DNA of 64,000 nucleotides from Octopus vulgaris. Taxonomy: Eukaryota. Below are positions 53,591 to 64,000 of the stretch, piece by piece; position 1 is the first letter of the stretch; the number at the start of each line of letters is the position of its first letter. The notes beneath the pieces were generated by a model, which ran no database searches, had not been told where the DNA came from, and saw only the letters and a program-made list of their open reading frames with translations. The position numbers and the translations under genes are program-made. The stretch covers positions 18,662,001 to 18,726,000 of the forward strand of contig OX597828.1 in assembly GCA_951406725.2 (NCBI GenBank). The letters run 5' to 3'.

Positions 53591-53997
53591 TGTTGTATTT
53601 GGGGATGGTCATGTTGCCAGTTTAGCCAATAAAAACACACGCAATATATATTTGGTGTTCGCTTGCTTCAGCTTTAATTTATATTAATTGGATACTGATA
53701 ATGCAGGCACATTCCAATACATAAACACACACACACTTACTAAACATAGACATACACAGGGATATACGCATGCGCAAATGAAGACACACAATAGGAATAC
53801 AAAATGGCAGATCATTAGTAAGGACAGACACACAAGAAAGAAGGAAGCAAAGGACCATTGATGAGATCACAGAAGTGTTGACGAAAGAACTCTGACCGAA
53901 ATACAATTAATATAAAATAAAGCGAGTGAACACCAAATATATAGAGCGAGTGTTTTTATTGGCTAAATTGGCAACATGACCGTCCCCATATACAACA
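53591..53997. repeat. ~100-bp inverted repeat pair (53591-53690 / 53904-53997)
   Basis: tgttgtatttggggatggtcatgttgccagtttagccaataaaaacac versus gtgtttttattggctaaattggcaacatgaccgtccccatatacaaca. Confidence 0.88.
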
Positions 53998-54731
53998 ATA
54001 TATATATATATAATATGAAGGTAATAAAGATTTTAGAAATTTTTACTACCAGAAATTGACAGCATGTTTTTGCTGCCGACAAAAAACTGCGCTTTCACGG
54101 TGGTTTTGAAAAATTTAAACATATAAGCAAGAGGCACATGTTGGATTGGTCTCGTGCTTATATGTTTAAAGTTGGCGTACCTGTTGACGAAGATTTCACC
54201 TGGCAAATTGTTTTATTTGCTAAAAAAAAAGTCAGAAACCATGGTCCAGGAAATAGATGGTAAATGTTTTTATTTTTCATTCTCTTCGAGATTTTATCCC
54301 TAATTAGTGGTTTGGACTTTAGCTGTTCCTCCTAGCGTAACGGAGTCCTATGATGGATACCTCTTAATGTGTTTAAATGTACACTGTATTATATCCCAGT
54401 AAATGACCACAGCATTTTGTCTTGGCTACACGCGGGTGGAAGGGGGCTGGTGACACAAACTTTCATTCAAACTTTGAATTTCGTGGTACTGGTCATGCTT
54501 TGGCTCGCTCTGACACTGAGTTGAGATGACGCATTCTAGTATCTCAAAATTCAATATACAATTATTCACAATTGTAGTATCCTGCGCCGATGAGAGAAGA
54601 AGTCTGGGTAAAGTAGAATTTTCTAATTCTTATGATATCCTAAAACTTGATCTCGAAACGTACGTCCGTAGGTAACTTAAAATTGCATGATGGATTGCCG
54701 TCATTTCATTCTTTCTTTCTTACCTGTCTGT

Positions 54732-54791
<60 letters not shown>

Positions 54792-55272
54792 TCAATGTAT
54801 GCTTAATATATATCATTACCTTTTATTTTCTGATAAAATAAAATGTCTAGATGGGCTATTTGCATTGAAACGCTATTAGTGTGGTTCTGAGTGTATACAG
54901 AGGTTGTTTTCGGAAAAATGGAAAGACCAGAATTCAGGATACTTCCGGTCCCAAGTCTAGCGGATAGCTGGTCCGCTCGAGGCTGTAGTAAAAATACTTG
55001 CCGAAGGTGCTGTACAGTGAGACCGAACTTGGATCCACGGGGTTGCGTCTCATGATAGGCTGGTCGGTGATATAGCTGGCCAACTGTAGCTGGAGAGCTT
55101 TGTCAATTAAAGCACACAACAGGGTGACGTAGGGAAACTCAAACATCATGGTGAGTTAATAGCGATACTGAATTAAAGCTATTTTACCATCTACTGCCTT
55201 TTCTTCATTGCGAAAGTCAATAGATGTGATAAAAACTAACTAAATTCAAAGTTAAAATTCTAAAAATAAAAT

Positions 55273-55728
55273 TGGTTGTGTGGTTAAGAGGTTCGCTTAA
55301 TAATCACGTAGTTTCATGTTCAGTCCCACTGCGGGGCACTTTGGGCAAGTGTTTTCAACTGCATCCTCGTTTCCACTAATGCCTTGTGAAAGAATTTGGT
55401 CGAAGCTCTTCGTATACATGTACGACTCTGTGTGTGTGTGTGTGTTTGTCTTTGGTTTTTGGCCCCTCACACGTCGCTGGACAATCGGTGCTGATTTCCT
55501 TACGTTCACTTTGAAGTAGCGCAGTTGCAAAATTGGACTGCAGCCATGCTGGGACATCGCCTTGAAGGGTTTTTGTCGAACAAATCGACGGACAAATGTG
55601 ATCGAGAGAATAAGTACCAGACTCTAGTAGAAAGTAAGTATAGTGGTCCATTTGTTTGGCAAAAACCCTTCAAGGCGATACCCCAGCATGGCCGCGTTCA
55701 ATGAATGAAACAAGTGAAAGAATAAAAG
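55273..55728 (+). mobile_element. Diverged SINE family A carrying an inverted copy of its own tail
   Basis: 55533-55589 is the reverse complement of 55646-55701, with a 20-bp perfect core. Confidence 0.8.
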
Positions 55729-55744
55729 CATTAGTAACTTCGCA

Positions 55745-56520
55745 TTTACGAACACTTCATCAATCTAGAAAACGTATGAGATGGAAAATATTCTCGGAAT
55801 ATTATAAGGATTGCTGAAATAAGATGGACAAAATGTGAAGAATTTATGACAGATAATGGGCATAAAATATATTTTAGTTGGCAGCAAAGCAAACATGAAA
55901 CGGGTGTTGCCTTCACGGGGCACCAGAATACTTTTAAGTTAGTAATATATTGCGCTCCGATTTCTAGCAAAAATATGCAAAAGATGACTGACTGACTGAC
56001 AGCTAAGTCACAGAACATCTTAATCATCCAAACTTATGATCCTTGTAGAGATTACAGTGATGAATAAGTAGAGAAATTCAAACAAGGGCTAGAGAGGAAA
56101 GATAGAGAAGAAAACTCAAAAACCTTTGGTGAATGCAAAAAAAAAATGGCGTACTTACAATTCAAGGGAGAGAACTGCAAAGGTCGACTCTGATGTTTGT
56201 GATACTCGCAAAAGAACGCTTAGTAAATATGGATTGGTAAAATACTAACAAGAAAGGAATAGGATTGTTTGAATTTGTAAAAAGGTAAAAAAAAAAAAAA
56301 AGGCATCTGCATATAAAATAGAATAATATATCAACCGAAGCCGTCAAGAACAATAGCATGACGTTCATTCGGGAGAATATATAATAAATAACCAGATCGA
56401 TTTTATTCTTATCCTCCAAAAATATAAATCTAGGATATATTTTTGAAAATGAAAAGGCAGAGAACGATGGTAATCTCTCCATAATTGTTTCTAATGTGGG
56501 CACAACGCCTGAAAATTTGT
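55745..56520 (+). pseudogene. RTE-type LINE apurinic-endonuclease domain remnant
   Basis: IAEIRWTKCEEFMTDNGHKIYFS...HETGVAF, KYGL...GLFEFV, NQIDFILI; many stops and frameshifts. Confidence 0.75.
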
Positions 56521-56569
56521 TTTTGGTTGGGGTGCAAATACATACCATCGACTCCAGTTTCATATGAGA

Positions 56570-57727
56570 GGAAAGGGAAATTTGGCTTCGGCGGGATTTG
56601 AACTCAGAATGTTTAGAACTGGAAAAAATTGGTGCTAGATTTTACTAGTCGCAATAACAATTCTGCCAGCTCACCGCTTTAAAATCCTTTAATAATGATT
56701 TCAAATTTTGGCATAAGGCCAGCAATTTTAGTTTGCATCGACACCAGTGCTGAACTGGAACGTATTTCACCGACCCCGAAAGGATGAAAGGCAAAGTCGA
56801 CCGCGGTGGAATTTGAACTCAGAACATAAAGACGGACGAAATTCCGCAAAGCATTTTGCCCAGCGTGCTAACGCTCGCCGCTTTAATCCTTGTATTAATA
56901 TAAAGTTGTGTTTATTAGTCGAGACGAAAAATGAGATATGTAACAAAAACGACATGAAAGAAGAAACAGTAAAACTACAATATAGATTGATTGATTGGAA
57001 AGTAAAAAGAAAAATGTTAGAGATGAGAAATGAGAAAAACCAAAACTAAAGAGAACGTGGGTTAACAAAGGGTGTGAACAAGTAATTCTTTCTAATTTTG
57101 GTACAAGGTCAGTAATTTTAGCCAAAGGAGATAAGTTGAGATTACATTCGCCACAGAATTTTACTGGTACTTATTTTATCGGCTCCAAAAGGTTGAAGAT
57201 GACCTCGATAGTATTTTAAATCTGAACGTAAAGAACCAGAAAAAATACTGCTAAGCATTTTGTCCGACGCACCGACGATTCTTATTTCTTTTTTCTTTAT
57301 TGCCCACAAGGGGCAAACAAGGGCTGAAAGACGGATTAAGTCGATTACATCGAACCCAGTGCGTAAGTGGTACTTATTTATCGACTCCGAAAGGATGAAA
57401 AGCTAAGTCGACCTCGGCGGAATTTGAACTCAGAACGTAACGGCAGACGAAATACCGCTAAGCATTTTGCCCGGCGTGCTAATGTTTCTGCTAAATGGCC
57501 ACCTTATAAATCGTTCATGCTATAAACACAAGGCCTGAAATTTTGGGAGAGGGAGGTTAGTCGATTACATCGACCCCAGTACTTGATTGGTACTTATTAC
57601 ATCGAGCCCGAAAGGATGAAAAGCATAGTCGACATCGGTGAAATTTGAGCTCAGAACGTAAAACCGGAAGAAGTATTGTGAAGTATTTGGGCCGACGCTC
57701 TAACTTTTTCTCCCAACTCACTGCCTT
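56570..57727 (-). mobile_element. Cluster of five minus-strand SINE B copies, including a B2-B1 dimer at 57090-57505
   Basis: Copies at about 56570-56680, 56700-56885, 57090-57282, 57283-57505 and 57520-57727. Confidence 0.85.
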
Positions 57728-58363
57728 CATGTGAATAAATAACAGAACGAAGCTATAGAATAAATCATTCAAAAGAAAGTATGCCGAATGTTTAAAGATC
57801 TAAACAGAGAATGGCAACATAAATATCATGTTGTTGTATGGCAGCCTAGTAACCGAAGCAAATACCGGAAGTGATAGATGGATAGGTGGGACAATTTATG
57901 GGGCCTCATAGTCGCAAAGTAGAAGGGAGATACAAAAACAATTAAGAAAGGAAATTACCTGTAATATACAACAAGACCCAGAAATTCCTTCAGGTGAGGT
58001 TACACAAATAAATAGGGAGTTAAATTGTAATAAATCACCTGGAAAAGACAGGTAAGATACATGTTAAATGATTTCTTATTTAAATACCACGAGTGAACAA
58101 GTGTACGGAATAGTGTTGGAGTAAACTCTTTGAACTCTATGCCTTGCTTAACCTGTTTTGCTCCCAACCTGTCTGCAACCATCCTTGGTTCTACGATACA
58201 AATGCCGTTTTATGGCAATCCAAATTAACACGTTCCACCAAGATTTCCCGTTAGTTTATGTTCCCAATGCTCTCCTACTAACGTCTTCATTATTTTCAAA
58301 ATTAGTTGAAATGGAGGCAGAGTATTTCAAAATGAATATGGCAACAAAAGCATCAAGCAAAGT

Positions 58364-58700
58364 GGTGACCCCCTTCGGTCAGACACTGACCATGGGTTTG
58401 CACCTAGAGAGTTACCCTCTAAGGCACAAGTCTGGGCAAGGTTGTTTTATGGAAGACCAGCAGTCGCCCATGCATACCAGCCTCCCCTCTCTACGTCACC
58501 GATGTTGTCCAAGGGAAAGGCAAGGGCCGATACAGCTTGGCACCTGTGACGTCGCAACTCATTTCTACAGCTGAGTGAACTGGAGCAACGTGAAATAAAG
58601 TGTCTTGCTCAAGAACACAACACGCAGCCCGGTCCGGGATTCGAGCTCACAACCTCACGATCGTAAGCTCGACGCTCTAACCACTGAGCCACGCGCCTTC
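58364..58700 (-). mobile_element. SINE family D, full length, 11-bp TSD
   Basis: tcaagcaaagt at 58353-58363 and 58699-58709; head ggcgcgtggctcagtggttagagcg. Confidence 0.9.
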
Positions 58701-60775
58701 AAGCAAAGTAGATTGAGTGAATTATATTCAACCAGGATACGAAACCGGATCGTAAACTCAGATCACCAAGAAGTCCCCCCCAACCCCGTCCGCTTGCTCT
58801 ACGGCTGTCGCAACGTCTTAACTATGAGGTTCATAAGAGCGTTTTCTTTGTTTTGTTTTGTTTTTTTGCTTCTTCTGTTTTTTTTTTTTGTCTGAACTTC
58901 TTAAGCTCGAGAGCAATCATGGCAATATAATTATGAACTGATTTTGGATTCTATCCCGCTGCTCAACATGTTGGACAAGTATCTTCTAACCATAGTCTTA
59001 AGTCAACAAAAGCTTGTCATTGAACTTAGACAAAAACTTAACTTGAATGTTGCGTTAGAACATAGAATACTGCGTTATTTACGTTCTGAAGATCTCTCAT
59101 ATGGACTCGTGATGCATAAAAGCACACGTATATATGGTGGTTGATCCATTTTCACGCGTGATTGCCGTCTCTTTGTGCTTCCTCGTTGTCAGTGGCATTT
59201 TATACTTTCCGCCCATGACCTCTTAGATGAATATTCAGTTGCAGATCTGCATAGTTTGGAGCATAAGTGACAGACCAAAGTCATAGCTTACTTTGCGCTT
59301 TCAACTGGTTAAGTCTACATGCGTCACCACTCTTCGATCGCCATATGATTTTCAGTAGATGGACCGACAAAAGAGATCACCGTAATTATAGATCTGTACA
59401 TCGATGGATCATACTGATAAATGCTTGTACAATACGAGTACCACTCTTTGAATCACTGTGATTAGTGCCTATTGACAAGTCAAATCGAAATAACCAGAGA
59501 TCAAGTGAAACTGTAGGGTTTACATCAGAGCGACCCTCTCCTAGAAAGATACTCTAACAATAGCTACGGGTCCCTCACTCTCGCTGACACCAGCCGAGGT
59601 TATGCTCTTGCTCAGATGGATTATCACTAGATATGCTAGTTAATCCATAGCTCGAATATTGACGAGCGCAACTATTCCGGGTCAGAATAAACCTGGGAAC
59701 AAATGGTGGTGAAAAAGTTGTTTCCCACCCCTCAAACCTATGATCCTCAACGAGATGCAGCTTAATTCCATACACAGCATATATGTACCCTCCCCCTGGC
59801 GCACACACAGAGTAATAGCACAAGGAGTATTTTCAGCACTATTGGTTTCGCAATGAACTGCTCCATAAAGAGTTGCAAAACAACTGTGGATTTCTTATTT
59901 TTCTGGGTCGACTTCATTATCAACTTAACTATCTGCGATTTTAGGCTCTTTATTCTCGCAACAAAGATCATAACAAGGGCCTTTTCTCCGTAAAATGACA
60001 TACTATCCTTTTTTTAATCTTCTTTCCATCCCTTCTTCTTTCTAGGGTGTTTGTTATGAAAGCGTTGGGCGCAACGAGTTCTACCCAAGAGGAAATCGTT
60101 AGAATCCTATCAATAAATTAGGGTTCTTCTCTACATTCATCCAAATGAATGGAGAAATTCGAACGAGTGCTATGGTAGTAGCAGACCGTCTGCCATATTT
60201 GCAGAAGATTGGGGTTCGTGTCTTACAGGCAGATTTCAAGGTTTTCCATCCAAGGGTTTATTTTTTAACCTAATATTCCACACGCTCTAATTTATAATTC
60301 TATCTACTTTGAGATCGACCGATTTAAAAAGAACAATTTATTCAGGAAGTTTCAAGATTGTTGCGACGTAAACACTATGTGTGTGTGTGTGTGAATCAGT
60401 CATTATAATCGTAGATAACGTTATCAAATGGTTATAATTATCAAAATTAATGGGTTCTGAACACTCTCAGATAAGTAATATATCTTTTGCGTAATATGTC
60501 AACTGGTTATTATTATATAAAACGCCCCATCCCAAAGTGATCACAATAACCGGGTTCCACTATACACACGCGCGCGCGCACATATCCATACGTGCAAATA
60601 AATGTATATACACACATATATATGTATATATATATATGGACATAAACATAGACACATATATTTGCATGTGTACAAGTGTGTGTGTGTGTATGTGTGCAAA
60701 TAGACTAAGTTGATAGTTGTGGGAACCGTTTTAGAGCTAAGCCAGCAATGAGACATCACATAATTACTTGCCTAG

Positions 60776-60825
<50 letters not shown>

Positions 60826-61054
60826 CATGCCATATTCTAAGACTTAACTACACTTCTGAATTCAACTCTCTTTTCAAAATCATTTCTTTTTCTCTTCTGA
60901 CCCGGCACATCTCACCGTCGCCAAATATTTCGCCACTCAATATTTATTAATTTGTGTGTATGTGTGTGTATGAATATATGTGTACTTATCTGTGTATGTC
61001 TAGTGCCTTGTTTTTCGTATATTTTCATATATTCTCAAGAGAAGTCAAAAAGAA

Positions 61055-61087
<33 letters not shown>

Positions 61088-61687
61088 TGAAAATAAAGAT
61101 TTTGAAGAGAAAAAGCAATCAGAGAAAACGGATGACAACTCTTAAAATAAAGTACCCTGATCTTCATGTCTACGAAATGGTTAAACGCTTGAGACAATTA
61201 GGAACTAGGCAATCGGCTGGACTTGTCATAGACATGCAACTACGTACAGTTACATCAGACAAGCAACTATTTTATTAAAAGTCGCATTGCTTGAGAAGAT
61301 TTTAATCTGAGTAAGGCTATTAGAAGCCCTTCAGAATTATTCACCTACAGTTTCCGCTTTTTCCGTGGCCTTTTAAAGCTCTGCTTTCTGGTAACACTAG
61401 AGCGACTAAATTCTCTTTTTTCTTTTATTTTCTCTCATTTTACTGAAAATATTTTGTAATTCTTAATTTATGACGAATACACTAGAAAGAAGAAGAAAAA
61501 TATGAATAATTTGTCATTCTACGTATAAATAATGGTCCTTGTTTATAGTCTTTACAGCAAAAGCATAGAATCACAGGTGGTTAAGTAGATGAACATGTCG
61601 GCCTTGCAAACTGTCTGCATCTCATTACTTACTATAGTAACGAATATGACTGTGTCCTAGTTTGTGGCTCTGTCAACAGCTCTTAAT

Positions 61688-61900
61688 TGGCAGCGAGCTG
61701 GTAAAATCATTAGCAGGCCGAATAAAATGCTTACAGGCATTTCGTCCGTCTTTACGATCTGAGCTCAAATTCCGCCAGAGTCGACTTTGCCTTGGTCGAT
61801 AAAATAAGTACCAGTGACGCACGGGGGGAGGGGTGCCGATGTGATCGACTAACACCCTATCCCGGAACTGTTGGCCTGATGTTAAAATCTGAAACCAATA
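61688..61900 (+). mobile_element. SINE family B1
   Basis: B head, body and tail. Confidence 0.8.
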
Positions 61901-62889
61901 TGCTGTAGTTGTTTAGCTCAAGGCAAGTACTGATCGAACAAACCCATGATCAAAAGTGTACCAGCCGTAAGAACCCCACCGAATTCTTAACCATAATGTA
62001 TCCAGGATAACGTACGATATTTTTTTAAATGTAGTGAATTGGCCTGATCGTTTGAGTGTCTGATAGATTGTCTTCCAGTAGTGGTTCAGCCTCTCGATGC
62101 TCTAAGTTCAGATCCTGCCGAAGTCAAATTTGCTGTTCATCCTTTCTTGTCGTACTTAATAAATGAAGTGTCAGTCTTGTACTGGCGTTAGTTATACACT
62201 TTCTGTCTGTCTGTGTTTGTCTGTCTCATGTTCTGGAAGATATTATCAGTAGTCAGACCTGGAAAGAGATGCGCATCATCGGGCCTATAAAGTTTCAATT
62301 GACAAATTCCTGGTGGAATCTTAGTTATATTTTTAAGTAGTCGTATTTATAAACAGCTGTAACGCACCAAGACTCTCCTTGAGAGAGGCAGTAGTGTATC
62401 ATGGCACGCTGTTCGAAAACCAAGAGTCTATATGATAATTATGGAACAGAATTTAAGAAGCCAAAAATTCTAACAAATATACAAGCGTGTGTGTGTCTAT
62501 TAAGCAGATTCATTTCCTTTATAACTGAAGACCCAACACTTCCCAATGTTGTTGAAATAATGATAATGCAATGTGTTATTCATTATATTTAATATATTAT
62601 ATAATAATAATTCGGCAGGTACCTGATGTAAAGTGGCGATGAAACAATTGTAGTATTATACAATAAAGCGTGTGTGCTCAATCCATTCTCTTTTGTTTAA
62701 ACCTCTGTGCGTGCGCGCGTGTGCGTGTTCAAAGATTACTTTTGTACAGTGGTAGAATGTCTGTCCTATTTACAGAACAGAGTTCGTGTCCCAAGAGCAG
62801 TCTGATATAGTTGCAAGAACTACTTAATCAGTAAGGGCTACCCGGACGAATACACCAAAGGCATGTCAGAATAAGCAGGTATTCACACC

Positions 62890-63243
62890 TTTTATAACAG
62901 ACCTGATGTTATTCTGTGGGACATGGAACAAAAGTCATGCAGTGTTGTAGAGGCCAGCTACCCAACAGGTGTGAATGTGATGTCGAAAATTCAGAAGAGA
63001 GAGAACATTTATGGCGAATTGATGCGGAACTTACAGCTTTTGTACTCCGACTATGAATTCTCATTTATACATAAAATCATAGGTGCATTAGGCTATGTAG
63101 CAACGAATTTGCTAAAAAAAAAAAACTTAAAATATTCGGTTTCACAGATGAAGAGCAAAAGAAACTGACGTGATTTCTCCAAATCCAATCTATTAGTGAC
63201 ACACTGAAAATTTGTAAGACATTCCAAAGGTTCTCCATGTGAC
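62890..63243 (+). pseudogene. C-terminal restriction-like endonuclease (RLE) domain of an R2/R4/HERO-type non-LTR retrotransposon
   Basis: NRPDVILWDMEQKSCSVVE..YP...NV..K...Y..L...IIGALG then (frameshift) LQIQSISDTLKICKTF; PD-(D/E)xK layout. Confidence 0.75.
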
Positions 63244-63459
63244 ATTCCTGTATGAATAGATGCACAGACTTGGATGCATGCAGCGACAATTCAACCAACA
63301 ATATACCAACTCAGTCACATATTTACAAACACCGGGAACTCTCTTAATTTAAAAAAAGTCTAGTTCCTTTGTTCATCATTTCATCTCATTTGTGTTATTG
63401 TCCAGCCTGCACTTGCTTCTATCTTTGTAATGCCTTTATGGCAAATCTGATGAAATAAA

Positions 63460-63832
63460 GAAGCTTGCTTCCCTACCGCATGATACAGTCCCACTGCATG
63501 ACACCTTGGTCAAGTGTCTTCTACAATAGCCTGAGGCCGACCAAAGCCTTGTGAGTGGATTTTGTAGACGGTAACTGAAACAAGCTCGCCGTATATATTT
63601 TATATATATATATATAGTGTTTGAGTATCTGTGTTTGTCTCCCCACCACCATTGCTTGACAACTGATGTTGGTATGTTTAGGTTCCCGGAACTTAGCGGA
63701 TCGGCAAAACAGACCGATCGAATACGTATTAGGCTTACAAATAATAAGTCCTGCGGTCGATTTGTTCGACTAAAGGTGGTGCTCCGGCATTGCCACAGTC
63801 AAATGTCTGAAACAAGCAAAAGAATAAAAGAA
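63460..63832 (+). mobile_element. SINE family A, slightly 5'-truncated
   Basis: Collinear with 4063-4491. Confidence 0.88.
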
Positions 63833-63870
63833 TATACATACATATATGTATGCATACATTCACACATATT

Positions 63871-63916
<46 letters not shown>

Positions 63917-63920
<4 letters not shown>

Positions 63921-64000
63921 TCTCTCCGTGTTTCTTTTCTGTGTATCTTTCTGTTGAAGAGCGTAGGCTCGAAACGTAAAAGACTTGTTCTATTTCTATT
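63917..64000 (+). mobile_element. Penelope-like terminal repeat running off the window end
   Basis: ctgttgaagagcgtaggctcgaaacgtaaaagac, same family as 15636-16396. Confidence 0.6.

Noticed and set aside
56162-56563. 133-aa hydrophobic minus-strand ORF
   Set aside because: Antisense shadow of the RTE endonuclease remnant on the plus strand.
59575-60250. Possible retroelement ORF1/gag remnant
   Set aside because: No convincing motif in any frame.

Overview
AT-rich, microsatellite-saturated eukaryotic DNA with no recognisable intact protein-coding or RNA gene. The SINE repertoire and the (TA)n/(CA)n/(GATA)n density are typical of an Octopus (coleoid cephalopod) genome; this is an inference from recalled family sequences, not a database hit. 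The window is intronic or intergenic and built from: (i) at least four tRNA-headed SINE families, labelled A-D here, about 50 copies or fragments; (ii) decayed DNA transposons (two Tc1, three mariner, one Chapaev3-like, MULE-like and pogo-like MITEs, a possible Helitron end); (iii) non-LTR retroelement remnants (RTE endonuclease, a 5'-inverted RTE, a CR1/Jockey-like YADD fragment, an RLE-type C-terminus, Penelope-like termini); (iv) simple and higher-order tandem repeats. Almost all ORFs in the track are microsatellite artefacts. Most notable: SINE-B copies form seamless head-to-tail multimers joined three times at the same head position; a probable partner-LINE 3' end shares the SINE-B2 tail; SINE heads carry swapped tails; there is a three-level nest (MULE-MITE > Chapaev3 > SINE); an RTE shows a twin-priming-like inversion; and several long hairpins could be dsRNA/ADAR substrates. 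A few splice-flanked candidate exons are reported at low confidence. I cannot support a novel protein-coding system from this sequence.
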